A DNA stretch of 64,000 nucleotides from Synechococcus sp. Lineage in GTDB: Bacteria > Cyanobacteriota > Cyanobacteriia > Thermostichales > PCC-7336. A program made the translations under genes and the position numbers. The stretch lies in the NCBI GenBank assembly GCA_051439425.1, contig JBFRWD010000102.1:1-64000 (forward strand), given 5' to 3'. This document shows, one piece after another, positions 23,766 to 34,655 of this stretch (its first letter is position 1; each line of letters starts with the position of its first letter). Below the pieces are notes generated by a model. That model ran no database searches. It had not been told where the DNA came from and saw nothing but the letters and a program-made list of their open reading frames with translations.

Positions 23766-23850
23766 ATTCCTCGGATTGAAGCGGTAGGGCTATGATGAGT
23801 CATACCGCTTTTTTCTGCATTTTTATTTCGCACCTGTAGAGAGTTTTGCT

Positions 23851-24333
23851 ATGCCAGTTATTAGAAAAGTCGATCTGGACAACCCCAAGGTTCGCGCCAA
23901 GCTTGAAAAAAACATGGGCCACATGACCTATGGTGAGCCTGCTTGGCCGAACGACTTACTGTTCATGTTCCCGGTCGTAATTTTGGGAACCATCGCAATG
24001 GTTGTAGCGTTTGCTGTCATGGAGCCTGCTGGTGTGGGTGAAGCAGCCGACCCATTTGCTACTCCACTAGAAATCTTGCCTGAGTGGTATCTGTACCCTG
24101 CATTCCAGCTTCTGCGTATTGCACCAAACAAGTTGCTGGGTATTGCTCTGATGAGTGCTATTCCTGCGGGACTTCTGTTCGTTCCTTTCATCGAGAACGT
24201 CAACAAGTTTCAGAACCCCCTGCGCCGCCCCGTGGCTACTGCAGTGTTTTTGTTTGGTACTCTGTTCACCCTATACATGGGCATCGGTGCCACCCTACCT
24301 CTAGACAAGTCTTTGTCTCTGGGTTTGTTCTAG
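23851..24333 (+). CDS. petD: Cytochrome b6f subunit IV
   Basis: [21 protein letters not shown]. Confidence 0.99.
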   Translation: MPVIRKVDLDNPKVRAKLEKNMGHMTYGEPAWPNDLLFMFPVVILGTIAMVVAFAVMEPAGVGEAADPFATPLEILPEWYLYPAFQLLRIAPNKLLGIALMSAIPAGLLFVPFIENVNKFQNPLRRPVATAVFLFGTLFTLYMGIGATLPLDKSLSLGLF

Positions 24334-24356
24334 AACGACTAATGGTTTTAGTCTTC

Positions 24357-24380
24357 AGGAGCCCTAGGGCTCCTTTTTTT
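24357..24380 (+). terminator. Terminator after petD
   Basis: Palindrome AGGAGCCCTAGGGCTCCT followed by a T run. Confidence 0.8.
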
Positions 24381-24513
24381 GTAGCCATGAATATCGCCGA
24401 CTCTTAATTGGACGTCTAGCCATTGTCACGGGACAGCATGGCCTTGACGCTGCTTACAATATCCGAGCGGCTAGCGATCTCTACGTCGAATCGCACGCAT
24501 AGTGGTAAGTCAA

Positions 24514-24969
24514 CTATGCTAAAGCAACCGTCTGGTTGAAAAAATCCATCAGTTGGCGATTGTGATCGTGGGCCAAATCTTGCATGGCAATATCCTCCGG
24601 AGCAAAATCGCGCACAGTGACAATTTCTGCCGTATCGTAGACCCGAAATTGACCGCTAACCTCCACAGAAACAGCGATGCATACCGAATGCATGCGCGGA
24701 TCGCGTCCCAAGCTTGAGTACACTCCCACCAGTTGGGGGTCACCCACAATATCCAATCCCGTTTCCTCGTGGAGTTCTCGCCGGGCTGCAGTGGCTATAT
24801 CTTCTCCCCAATCCACCAAGCCACCAGGTAATGCCCATTGACGCGTATCTCTCCGCTGCACCAGCACAATTCGTCCGTTTGGCAAGACAGGAATGATCGT
24901 CGTACCCGGTAATGGTCGTCGCAGAAGCACCCCCAACAAAGTACGGCCGATCCGCCATAGCTGTGACAT
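24514..24969 (-). CDS. NUDIX hydrolase
   Basis: Nudix box GGLVDWGE..AARRELHEETG, RDPR; start placed at MSQLW. Confidence 0.9.
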   Translation of the reverse strand: MSQLWRIGRTLLGVLLRRPLPGTTIIPVLPNGRIVLVQRRDTRQWALPGGLVDWGEDIATAARRELHEETGLDIVGDPQLVGVYSSLGRDPRMHSVCIAVSVEVSGQFRVYDTAEIVTVRDFAPEDIAMQDLAHDHNRQLMDFFNQTVALA

Positions 24970-25164
24970 CGATTCTTCAACGAGAGACAACATCAGGTGA
25001 GTCATAGCTTCCATCGCCCGAGAAAGGATAGCCCGAGCAACAAGAAAACTGACATCGCGAGCCTAGCATCGACCGACACAGGCAAATACTGCGAAGGTAC
25101 ATTGGTACGTTATTTTGAACATTAGAAACTGCTACTAGTAAGACAGTTTGGGAGATGTAGACCT

Positions 25165-26388
25165 CTGTTTGACGCTGTTGTTATCGGTTCTGGGCCTGCT
25201 GGATTGGCAATTGCAGCCGCATTGTGCGATCGCAAGCTTTCAGTCGCAGCCATCGCTCCACAAGCTGCCACCATCCCTTGGGAAAACACCTACGGTATTT
25301 GGCGCGATGAGCTAGAAGCACTGAACCTTACGCACCTCTTAAGTCATAGCTGGACTAACTGCGTCTCGTACTTTGGCAGCACACCAACCCAGCATCCTCG
25401 GGCATACGGGCTGTTTGATAAACAGAAATTGCAAACCTATTTGCTAGAACGTGCCAGGTCGGTCACCTGGTTCACCGACACAGTGTTCGGAATCGAGCAC
25501 GGCCCCCGCATGTCGAAAATCGCCACAGAAACAGGTCAAACTATTGCAGCCAGAGTGGCGATCGATGCTAGCGGTCACCAACCCGCCATTATTCAGCGGG
25601 CCGTCAAGCACAACATTGCCTATCAAACGGCTTACGGGATAGTCGGTAAATTTTCCAAGCCTCCGATCGCCCCCGAACAATTTGTGCTGATGGACTATCG
25701 AAACAACCATCTGACGGATAACGACCGCCGCCTGCCCCCTACTTTCTTGTACGCGATGGACTTAGGGAAAGACGTCTACTTTGTGGAAGAAACCTCCCTC
25801 GCCTTCAGTCCAGCTATCTCGTTTGACACTCTTGAGCTACGCCTGCACAAGCGACTGGCTGACAACGGGGTTACAGTCACTGACGTTCACCACGTCGAGC
25901 GCTGTATCTTTCCCATGAATCTACCATTGCCGGACTTGTCTCAACCAGTCGTGGGCTTTGGGGGTGCAGCCAGTATGGTGCATCCAGCATCAGGGTATAT
26001 GGTGGGTGCACTGTTACGCCGCGCTCCGGAGCTAGCAGACGCCATCACAGAAGCATTGCAAGACACCCGTCGCGCACCAGCGGAGATTGCCCGAGCAGGC
26101 TGGGAAGGATTGTGGTCTCGCGATCGCCTGCGAAAGTACTACCTGTATTTATTCGGTTTGGAGGCCCTAATTGGATTTGAAACCGAGCGTCTCAACCATC
26201 ACTTCCAGACGTTTTTCAGCTTGCCTCAGTCTGACTGGTCTGGATTCTTAAGCGATACGCTATCAACTCCTGAGTTAGTAAGGGCCATGTTAGGGCTATT
26301 TGGACGCGCTCCCAATGATGTGCGTTGGGGACTGATGCGCTCGGTACGCGGCTCGGGGTCTCTGCTATGGCGTTCCCTTGCGGCTTGA
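25165..26388 (+). CDS. crtL: Lycopene cyclase, CrtL type (probable CTG start)
   Basis: FDAVVIGSGPAGL FAD motif upstream of the tracked TTG, NTYGIW, FLYAMDLG, FVEETSL, HPASGY. Confidence 0.85.
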   Translation: MFDAVVIGSGPAGLAIAAALCDRKLSVAAIAPQAATIPWENTYGIWRDELEALNLTHLLSHSWTNCVSYFGSTPTQHPRAYGLFDKQKLQTYLLERARSVTWFTDTVFGIEHGPRMSKIATETGQTIAARVAIDASGHQPAIIQRAVKHNIAYQTAYGIVGKFSKPPIAPEQFVLMDYRNNHLTDNDRRLPPTFLYAMDLGKDVYFVEETSLAFSPAISFDTLELRLHKRLADNGVTVTDVHHVERCIFPMNLPLPDLSQPVVGFGGAASMVHPASGYMVGALLRRAPELADAITEALQDTRRAPAEIARAGWEGLWSRDRLRKYYLYLFGLEALIGFETERLNHHFQTFFSLPQSDWSGFLSDTLSTPELVRAMLGLFGRAPNDVRWGLMRSVRGSGSLLWRSLAA

Positions 26389-26857
26389 CAACCCGTTTGC
26401 CTGGGGGGCAGAAGACTCCATCACCAGGTGATTTCACGCTTGGAAATGTCTGTCAGATATCTTTGCCGGAATACAATTCAACCAGACGGGCACATTCAGA
26501 ATGCACAGACATCCTGAAGCCGCGCCGCTATGTAAGTGCAGCCAACCATCAATCTCAATGACCTGTCCTATGCTGCCAAGTTATCCGCACACTGGTAAAC
26601 AACTGTCCGGCACAATCACAGCTCATCAGAAATCGATATTCTAGAGACTGGCACTTAAATGCCAAAATCGTCACAGTCTGAAGCAAGCGACTGCAATCTC
26701 CCCACCTGCTCCAAGACGATCGCTGTATTCACAAGTTCAATCTGCAGTTGGCAGTATCATTGCACAACCCAAAAACAGAGAAGGACAACGCAGCACACAC
26801 ACGAGCTCGCATAGTAGCCATGCACAGCCCAGCCAGAAGAACTTCAGGAGATGCATT

Positions 26858-28039
26858 GTGGCTGTAACATCCACGCCGTTACCCTCCTCATCCAAACTAG
26901 GCTGGTGGAAGCTTGGATTGCTCGATCGCTACATGCTGTTCCAAATGCTCGTGCCCTTCCTGTTTGGAGTGGCAGCATTCACAGGTGTCGGAACCACGAT
27001 CGATTCCCTCTTTGAAATCATTCGCTTGGTGGGAGACGGTCTACCACTACTGGTGGGTCTCCAACTTTACATCCTGGGGGCTCCGAAGATTATTGTGCTG
27101 ACATTTCCAATGTCAGTGCTGTTAGCGACCTTGTTAACCTACAATCGCATGTCCTCCGATAGCGAAATTGTAGCGTTGCGCAGTTGTGGCGTTAGCCCTC
27201 TGAGACTAATGTTGCCAGCCCTACTCTTAAGCCTGATTGTTACCAGCCTGACATTTGTGTTCAATGAGGCGATTGTGCCTCGCAGCAGTACTTACGTCGA
27301 TCGCATGGTGGAACAAGTTTTTGGAGATCATGCCAGTATTCGCAACAACAACATTCTGTACCAGGAATTAGGGAATAACATCAATGCACCCAGTCATCCC
27401 AATCCCAACGAAGAGCGCGATCGCAAACTCAACCGATTATTCTTTGCCCGCCGGTTTGACGGTGAAACCATGACAGGGATTACCCTGCTGGACTTTACGG
27501 GGGAAGAGCGGCGCATCCTTGTGGCTCAGCAAGGAATCTGGTTAGGTGAGGACGAAGGATGGGAATTTACCAACGGAACCTCCTACATCCTGAACGATGA
27601 TGGTTCGTATCAAACCGTCGCTCCCTTTCAAGCAATGGTGGTCGATTTGCCCCGCTCCCCAATCGACTCTAGCGTCGTTCAAGATTCCGAGAGCATGAAT
27701 ATCCCGCAACTGCAGAATTACATTCGGTTACAGGAACGAGCGGGGCAACGGGACAAGGTTCGCAGTTTACGAATGGATTTAGCTCTCAAATACGCCATTC
27801 CGTTTGCTTGTATAGCGTTTGGGTTAATTGGTGCTCCATTGGGAATGCGGTTGCAACGAACGAGCGGAGCCCTAGGGTTCAGCCTTAGTATTCTGCTAAT
27901 CTTTCTCTACTACGTTTTGCTATCAGTGGCTCAAGGACTGGGGCAAACCGGACTCAACCCGACTGTGGCGGCCTGGATGCCGAACGCCATGGGTTGGGGA
28001 GCGGCTGCGCTCCTATTATGGCGTTCGGCAAAAGCGTAA
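26858..28039 (+). CDS. LptF/LptG family permease
   Basis: LDRY, SEIVALRSCGVS, FNEAIVP, AAWMPN. Confidence 0.92.
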   Translation: MAVTSTPLPSSSKLGWWKLGLLDRYMLFQMLVPFLFGVAAFTGVGTTIDSLFEIIRLVGDGLPLLVGLQLYILGAPKIIVLTFPMSVLLATLLTYNRMSSDSEIVALRSCGVSPLRLMLPALLLSLIVTSLTFVFNEAIVPRSSTYVDRMVEQVFGDHASIRNNNILYQELGNNINAPSHPNPNEERDRKLNRLFFARRFDGETMTGITLLDFTGEERRILVAQQGIWLGEDEGWEFTNGTSYILNDDGSYQTVAPFQAMVVDLPRSPIDSSVVQDSESMNIPQLQNYIRLQERAGQRDKVRSLRMDLALKYAIPFACIAFGLIGAPLGMRLQRTSGALGFSLSILLIFLYYVLLSVAQGLGQTGLNPTVAAWMPNAMGWGAAALLLWRSAKA

Positions 28040-28381
28040 GTTCGAGCGGCAGAGACTGAATGCAGACTGACAAGCCAAAAAGGGTAAAAGCCCCATAGCT
28101 TCTCTCGCACGCATGAGTCTTATCCGAAAGCAACGGCAACTCTGTAACCATGAGCAGGCCTGTACAAACCTCCCATTAACGTCAGTTCGATAGAAGAAGA
28201 TCGTCTAGAAGAGAGCAGGGAGTAGAGCCTGTAGTCCGTTGTATCGAAGGTCAAGGGAAGGCTTGGTGGGTAGATAGGCATAGGCGAATATCCCGAGAAT
28301 TGAGCATATCTCCAAAATTAAGAATTCTGGGGGAGATCGCCATAGGGTAGGCTGTGAACGTCATGTCTGGCTTCAGAATTT

Positions 28382-29299
28382 ATGAAGATTGCGATCGCAG
28401 GAGGAACTGGATTTGTGGGGCAGCGGCTGGTCGAGCTGCTGTTACAGGCCGGACATTCAGTTGCCGTCCTAACTCGCAATCCTGCTAACGCCCCGCTGAG
28501 TGCTGCAGACAAACTGGAGCTGATAGCTTACGACCCCTTTAGCGTTGAAAGTTGGGGTACAGCATTGAGCGGCTGCGACGGAGTGGTGAATTTAGCAGGC
28601 GAACCACTGACGGAAAATCGATGGAGCGATCGCCAAAAAGACGAGATTTTACGCAGTCGAACCCGCACCACATCCATGATGGTGAAGGCGATCGAGGCTT
28701 TGGAGAGCAAGCCATCAGTGGTGGTGAGCGCATCGGCAGTCGGGTACTACGGCCCTCATGGTGATGAAGAACTAGATGAGTCGGCAGCACCTGCTGACGA
28801 TTTTTTGGCCCGCGTTTGCAAAGAGTGGGAAGCCGCCGCTCAGCCATTGGAAACTATGGGGGTTCGCCTCGTCCAAATCCGCATCGGCATCGTTCTTGGC
28901 AAAGACGGCGGAGCATTGGGAAAGATGCTGGCGGCATTCCAGATGTTTGTGGGGGGACCCATTGGCTCCGGTAAGCAATGGTTATCGTGGATTCATCGGG
29001 ATGACTTAGCAGGCTTGATTCTATATGCCCTGACAACCAACAGCGTGTCTGGGGTGTTGAACGGTACGGCACCCAACCCCGTCAAAATGTCCGAATTCAG
29101 CGACACACTGGGCAAAGTTCTCGCCCGTCCTTCATGGCTGCCAGTGCCCCCCATTGCTCTCGAAATCATTCTGGGAGAGGCAGCCCAAGTTGTACTCACA
29201 GGCCAGAGAGTCCTGCCGACACGAACGTTACAGCAGGGATACAGTTTCACCTATTCACAATTGGAACCTGCGCTGCGAGAGATTCTGGTTGAGTCGTAA
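28382..29299 (+). CDS. TIGR01777 family NAD-dependent epimerase-like oxidoreductase
   Basis: GGTGFVG, NLAGE, SAVGYYG, WIHRDD. Confidence 0.9.
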   Translation: MKIAIAGGTGFVGQRLVELLLQAGHSVAVLTRNPANAPLSAADKLELIAYDPFSVESWGTALSGCDGVVNLAGEPLTENRWSDRQKDEILRSRTRTTSMMVKAIEALESKPSVVVSASAVGYYGPHGDEELDESAAPADDFLARVCKEWEAAAQPLETMGVRLVQIRIGIVLGKDGGALGKMLAAFQMFVGGPIGSGKQWLSWIHRDDLAGLILYALTTNSVSGVLNGTAPNPVKMSEFSDTLGKVLARPSWLPVPPIALEIILGEAAQVVLTGQRVLPTRTLQQGYSFTYSQLEPALREILVES

Positions 29300-29466
29300 C
29301 AGCACCGCTGTAGAACAGCTCAAAGGCTGAATTCTGCAGCGAGAAACAGCATGAAAAACAATTGGGATTGGTGCTGGAGATCGAACTAATTGGCTGGCTA
29401 GCTTGATGGGAAGCCATTGGCAAGCGAGAATAACAACAGTCCCGTGCCCAGATTGAACGAACCCCT

Positions 29467-30207
29467 GTGAACACTGTCCGTACTGTTTCCTCAACCAAAG
29501 CTGCCTTTCAGCAGGTCTACCAACGTCCGATTAATTCGGTTTACCGCCGATTTGTCGAAGAGTTTTTAACCGAACTGCATCTGGTAACGGTTAACAGCAA
29601 GTTCACCTACGATCCCTTCTTTGCCATGGGGATGGTCAAGGTTTACGAGCAGTTTATGCAGGGATACGCCCCCACCGATCAAGCACAGCCAATTTTCCAT
29701 GCAATCTGCCAATCACTGCAGTTTAAGCCTGAGGTGATCCGTCAAGATGCTGACAAGCTAACCGAGATTTTGTCCACCGCCGATCGCGAGCGTGCCCTGG
29801 AAGTTCTGCAGCTAAATGCCACTACTGCAGATATCGGCGGAATCAAAGGCATTTTGGACAAAATCCGCACCAACCCAGACTTCCACTACAGCCGCACCTT
29901 CCTCCTAGGCTTGTATATTGCATTCACAATGGTGGCTCCGGAGAATGCGGACAAGGAGCGCAAAGCCCAGCTATTTAGCGATATTACCGAAGCCCTCAAA
30001 TTCCCAAAAGAGCGTGTAGACAAAGATCTCGATCTGTACAACTCTAATATCGAGAAGTTGGAGCAAGCGCTCGCTGTCATGAAAGATTTAGCTGAAGCAG
30101 CACAGCGCGACCGCGAGAAAGCAGCCGCTCCCCCTGCAGCGGAGACCACGAGCGAAGCCGCCACTAATACGGGTTCAGAGGAAACCACCCCAACTACTGT
30201 TGAGTAG
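29467..30207 (+). CDS. psb29: Photosystem II biogenesis protein Psb29/THF1
   Basis: RTVSSTK, RPINSVYRRFVEE..ELHL, KDLDLY. Confidence 0.93.
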   Translation: MNTVRTVSSTKAAFQQVYQRPINSVYRRFVEEFLTELHLVTVNSKFTYDPFFAMGMVKVYEQFMQGYAPTDQAQPIFHAICQSLQFKPEVIRQDADKLTEILSTADRERALEVLQLNATTADIGGIKGILDKIRTNPDFHYSRTFLLGLYIAFTMVAPENADKERKAQLFSDITEALKFPKERVDKDLDLYNSNIEKLEQALAVMKDLAEAAQRDREKAAAPPAAETTSEAATNTGSEETTPTTVE

Positions 30208-30272
30208 CTAATTCTTTTACAGTCCTGAATTCATCCGGCCTACCAGCCCGATCGCAACAAACTATTGTCCTG

Positions 30273-30542
30273 GTGTTTACTATGGTTGCCTTTCTAGAGC
30301 TTTTGTGGACTGTGTCCGCTGTTTTGATGATTGTCTTAGTCCTGCTTCACAGCCCCAAAGGTGACGGAATTGCGGCAATCGGCGGCCAAGCACAGTTGTT
30401 CTCGAGCACGAAAAGCGCAGAGCAAAGTTTGAACCGCGTCACGTGGATCGTTCTGGCAGTGTTTTTAGCACTGAGCATAGTACTGGCCCTAGGTATCTTT
30501 GGCCCTACCGCACAGCTAGGCCTGAAGAGTTTAATCGGCTAA
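30273..30542 (+). CDS. secG: Preprotein translocase SecG
   Basis: LHSPKGDG..IGGQAQLFSSTKSAE. Confidence 0.95.
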   Translation: MFTMVAFLELLWTVSAVLMIVLVLLHSPKGDGIAAIGGQAQLFSSTKSAEQSLNRVTWIVLAVFLALSIVLALGIFGPTAQLGLKSLIG

Positions 30543-30631
30543 TTCTCCGACCGACGACCGCTCGAGAGGCTATTCAGTTCTTGAGTAGCTTCTCGAGCGG
30601 TCGTTGTTTCAATCTAGACGATGAACTCAGT

Positions 30632-31177
30632 TCATCCTTTTAGGTCGAGTAAACCTTTCTCCTTCAATTTGGGATGAAACCTTAGCGGCTCTTGAACGTT
30701 GCGCTTTGCCAACACAGCTAATATTTCAGCTTCCACACGGCGAGCGACTTGCTTCAGAGCTTTGGTACGCGATCGCTCATCTAACTCGGAAGAGGCTAAC
30801 TCCGTTTTCTCGTCATCGGTCATCTGCAGCGTGGCATCAACCGGCGAATCCCAATCAGAAGCCGATTCGTTTCCAGGAGGCGTCGAACCATTGTTTTCAA
30901 TCCAAGCCTGACAAATGCCGTCTAAGACTGTGCGACTGGGGCGACCGATCGCCTGCACCTTGACCCAATGACACAGAGCAGGTTTACGGACTAGGTGCAA
31001 TCGCAAGCTTGACAGGACATCGCGAGAATAACCGACGTACTGTAACTGGCGATCGCCATCAAAAATCGCATAGGCCCCCACCATTGCTGACAGCTCCCGC
31101 GGGAGAAGTCCTTCGGCATTAATGAATGGGAGGTACTGTAGGTCTGCCAAAGCGGCTGGAGCAACTGTAGTTGACAT
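30632..31177 (-). CDS. GIY-YIG domain protein
   Basis: GAYAIFD..LQYVGYSR, PPGN; start placed at MSTTV. Confidence 0.8.
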   Translation of the reverse strand: MSTTVAPAALADLQYLPFINAEGLLPRELSAMVGAYAIFDGDRQLQYVGYSRDVLSSLRLHLVRKPALCHWVKVQAIGRPSRTVLDGICQAWIENNGSTPPGNESASDWDSPVDATLQMTDDEKTELASSELDERSRTKALKQVARRVEAEILAVLAKRNVQEPLRFHPKLKEKGLLDLKG

Positions 31178-31427
31178 TTGAGATTGACAGAATTCACGGC
31201 ATCCCAACCTAGCATCCAGAATTGAGCCAGCAGCTTAACACCCTAGGAATGACACCGAACTTGAATTTACCGTTGCATTACTTTATTCAGACAGCAGCCA
31301 TCCAAATAGCAACGTTTCTGGAACCTTGCACGCACGAGGAGAAATACCTAAACCTTCTAAGCCCTTCAGTTTGTTTATCGTAGTGGAGCGATCTCGCATT
31401 ACAAATGCCTTGCAAATGAAAGACAGC

Positions 31428-31457
31428 CATTGTCACAACAATCATTGTCACAACAAT
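31428..31457. repeat. Tandem 15-bp repeat CATTGTCACAACAAT x2
   Basis: Exact duplication; each unit contains the palindrome ATTGT-N4-ACAAT. Confidence 0.9.
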
Positions 31458-31571
31458 CGGCCAATATTAAAGGATGTTGCAATCCTGGGATAGTATTCGT
31501 AAATCTCTAAGGCCACATGGTAATTTGATTCCCATTGGATACCGTTCTGTTCGGAAATCAGGAGCCTGACA

Positions 31572-31790
31572 TTGCTAGCCTCTTCATCCAGCTTTTCTAC
31601 CCCGTCCGATTTGTCTGGCCAGCAGGGCACCATTCTTGATTACGTTGCCGATATGCAACTGCACATGGCACTTCAGTCTCGCAACCTGATCCCTGGGATG
31701 AACTCTGAGACGGTTAATAACAGTCGCTTGGAAATGCTGACGGAAGCGCAAGCAGCATCCGAGAAATCTGCCTCCCGTCAGTGGTTGTAA
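31572..31790 (+). CDS. Small hypothetical protein (72 aa)
   Basis: AGGAG RBS before TTG; helical MQLHMALQSRNLIP core; terminator downstream. Confidence 0.6.
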   Translation: MLASSSSFSTPSDLSGQQGTILDYVADMQLHMALQSRNLIPGMNSETVNNSRLEMLTEAQAASEKSASRQWL

Positions 31791-31870
31791 ACAGCAAACG
31801 ATAGTTCCACAAGTTTGCTCTGCGCGCAGTCTGTAAACACCGCAGTACGACAAATTAATTCCGACATAGA

Positions 31871-31903
31871 ACCGCGGTAGTCCAATAGCTACCGTGTTTT
31901 TTT
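31871..31903 (+). terminator. Intrinsic terminator
   Basis: GCGGTAG...CTACCGT stem followed by a T run. Confidence 0.65.
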
Positions 31904-32048
31904 ATGCCCCCATCCGAGACAAGTGACTTGGCTGGCTTTTAACAATCCTTTACGATTGAACTGTTATTGGGTGTCGTAATGCTTGAGGTGCGTATACACC
32001 CGCACTTCACCCAGATACCATGCCATTCGTTAGGTTGCCATCCTTACG

Positions 32049-32618
32049 ATGCTGTCCCGTCTACCTGTCACCCTCAGCACGCGACCCCTCAGCGCTGGCG
32101 TTCTTGTCTTTATTTGGGGATTGATTGAATCTAGCAACCCAACCATTAACCTGATTGGCTATACCGGTGGTATTCCCTTGATTTTGGGAGGGTTGGTGAT
32201 GAAAGCAGTAGAACTCAAGCCAGTCCCAGCGATGTACGATGTCACCCCCGAGCTTGAGAAAGCTCGCGAACAGCAATCGACGGAAATTCAGCAACAGATT
32301 ATTGGTGATATCACCAAGTACAACTACGGTGCAGATGCCCATCTCGACACCGCCTTGGAAGCCCTAAACCTCAAGGGAAGAACCGATGCAGAACTTCCCC
32401 GCATTGAAGGCTATGGGGAAGAACTGCGGGACGGTCGCTACACTCTCGTATTGCGCTTCAACACCTCTCGCTTACCCTTCGAGCGCTGGGAGAAAAGTTA
32501 CGAGAAGAAGATGAAAACCTTCTTCGGTCACGATGTGGATGTGGAACTCACACAACCCCAAAAAGACATTGCACAAATCGCCATCATCACTAAACAGGGA
32601 GCCGTTTCTCCGTCCTAG
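32049..32618 (+). CDS. DUF2854 (APE1-like) thylakoid protein
   Basis: GIPLILGGL..ELKPVP, DITKYNYG..AHLD..L. Confidence 0.8.
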   Translation: MLSRLPVTLSTRPLSAGVLVFIWGLIESSNPTINLIGYTGGIPLILGGLVMKAVELKPVPAMYDVTPELEKAREQQSTEIQQQIIGDITKYNYGADAHLDTALEALNLKGRTDAELPRIEGYGEELRDGRYTLVLRFNTSRLPFERWEKSYEKKMKTFFGHDVDVELTQPQKDIAQIAIITKQGAVSPS

Positions 32619-32725
32619 TTCCTGACATCCCGAGAACAGTTGAGTGAAGACTGTCTGTAGTCTGAATCATCTCAATCAGGGCACACATTACGAGAGGTGC
32701 GGCAAAACCCATCACCTACGAGCGT

Positions 32726-33217
32726 TTAGATCGGCACTGACGGACGATCGATCGCTCGCAGCCCCCCAAAGCGCTCGGCAATGATGTCGTCGTAGGTATC
32801 GGCGATCGCAGCCACGCACAAAATGCACGTCTGCAACTCCAGTAAATCCAAGCTGTCGCCACCCAACACGCTTTCTGAAAACACCACGTTGTTACTGTCA
32901 TCCAGTTGAAAGGCACCAAACTGCATGCGGCGATTTTCGGACAGGAGGTAGTGCATTAACTCGGTATCCATCGCAGTGCCGATAGTGACGCAACTGGTTG
33001 CCCGCACAATTGCCATATCCGAGTCATCCCACGGGTGAATCTCCCAGGGTAGAACTTCGACCTCTAGCATGGTGGACTCGTACAACAGATCGAACTTGGG
33101 GCGATCGCCGATCGCTCGCATCGAGTCTTTGAACAAGCGCGAAGTCGTGAGGTAATCGGCCACTTTCTGGTAGGTAACGGCCTGAGTTTGGCTGATCGAG
33201 GGTACTGATTCTGACAT
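32726..33217 (-). CDS. YbjN/type III chaperone-like domain protein
   Basis: LMHYLLSEN..FGAF.LD, IADTYDD.I..RFGG. Confidence 0.75.
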   Translation of the reverse strand: MSESVPSISQTQAVTYQKVADYLTTSRLFKDSMRAIGDRPKFDLLYESTMLEVEVLPWEIHPWDDSDMAIVRATSCVTIGTAMDTELMHYLLSENRRMQFGAFQLDDSNNVVFSESVLGGDSLDLLELQTCILCVAAIADTYDDIIAERFGGLRAIDRPSVPI

Positions 33218-33610
33218 GCAAGCGATTCGGATACAGAGGAGAAGAACGGGCTGAGTGGCAGCAATGGCGAGCCGACTAACTTAGCCTGCCTCCAAACACG
33301 TTAAAACATCCGATTGCATTTGCGATCCTCATATTCGATCGATGCATCTGTGTCCGGACACATATTCGGAGCTGCCCATCGAACCAAGACTGACAGCATC
33401 ATCGTTGCCATATCGAGACACCCCCTACCCCCCTCCTTAATCATTAGTCTTTCAATGCCAGCCCAACCAATCCTGAAAAAAGGCTGGGAGAGCAACGCGA
33501 TATGCAAGGGATCTTTGGAGGCAAACTCCGCCCATTAAAGGCTCATTAAAATTGAGGCAACCTTGACTTAACGAAATAGCTAGCTTTAGATCGAGAGATT
33601 AGTTCTTCTC

Positions 33611-34600
33611 TTGCAGTTCTCTGTTCCAGCTATAACGGCCAGTTTCATGACCAAAAATCTCCCGATGCTCGCCCAACAGACTCCAACCGGAGACTTGGAT
33701 ATTTGCGATCGCCGGGTCGATTTTTTTACTCGACTAGTCAAAGGCGTCCTCGTTCTCGCCGGAGCAATTCTAACCATTACCCAAGTGGTGCAAATGATCC
33801 TCGATGGACAGAGTCTATCGCTATGGCTGGGGTTAGTAGCAGGCACTGGAATGACGTGGTTCGGTTGGAAAGCCCATCTGCGCAGCACCATCAAGCGAGT
33901 AGTGCTCAGGCATTCGTTCTCCGACAAATGGTTGGTGTGGTCTATCCCACTGGTTGTCATCGCCTCCATCGTTACCTTGCGTTACGTGGTGGGTCGCGAA
34001 ACATTTCGAGGCATCAATGAAGAGGGAGGCGTGATTGAATACGGCACCTGTATAGCGTTCTTTCTAGCAGCCGTGTTTGCTGTACCCGTTGCCAAACAGT
34101 TGTGGAGACAAGGAAACAGAGTGCTGGGAGGGGCGTATGGTCTATTCACCCTCCTGTTGGGGTTTGTAGCATTTGAGGAAATTAGCTGGGGGCAGCGCCT
34201 CTTGGGAGTGAAGTCACCGGAATTTTTCGAGACTCACAATTCCCAAGCCGAGATCACGCTGCATAACTTGCTTTGGGTAAACGAGCTGATCGATCCCGCA
34301 TTAATTGTGGTTGGGCTGCTGGGGGCATTTAGCTGGTTCTTGCTGGGAGCGCTCTCTCGTAGCTCGAATAGTCTCCTCAGGGGCGGATACGCGCTGTTTG
34401 TGCCGAGCTGGTTTTTGTCCTCCTACTTCCTAGTGGTGAGTGCTGTATACACCTGCACCAAATACATCGAGCCCGCTTATTACACTATGAGCATTTACGG
34501 AGAGACGGCGGAATTAGTCCTATCCCTCGGGTTCTTGATGCTGGTATTGAGCAGCTATTTCCGTCAGTGCGTGAGCAAACACTTTCCATTCAGTCGCTAG
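33611..34600 (+). CDS. Multi-pass membrane protein of unknown function
   Basis: Many TM segments; EGGVIE, EEISWGQR, NSQAEITLHN motifs; start may be ATG 33647. Confidence 0.75.
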   Translation: MQFSVPAITASFMTKNLPMLAQQTPTGDLDICDRRVDFFTRLVKGVLVLAGAILTITQVVQMILDGQSLSLWLGLVAGTGMTWFGWKAHLRSTIKRVVLRHSFSDKWLVWSIPLVVIASIVTLRYVVGRETFRGINEEGGVIEYGTCIAFFLAAVFAVPVAKQLWRQGNRVLGGAYGLFTLLLGFVAFEEISWGQRLLGVKSPEFFETHNSQAEITLHNLLWVNELIDPALIVVGLLGAFSWFLLGALSRSSNSLLRGGYALFVPSWFLSSYFLVVSAVYTCTKYIEPAYYTMSIYGETAELVLSLGFLMLVLSSYFRQCVSKHFPFSR

Positions 34601-34655
34601 CTCTCTATGCGGCAGTCCTCTACTCCACCTGAAAAGCAGTCCAAGGATGTATAAG

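Noticed and set aside
25204..26388. TTG start for crtL as given in the track
   Set aside because: Would remove the FAD-binding GxGPAG motif
30632..31207. GIY-YIG gene as a homing endonuclease or defence element
   Set aside because: Host-like composition with HIP1, housekeeping context, no intron or mobility signs
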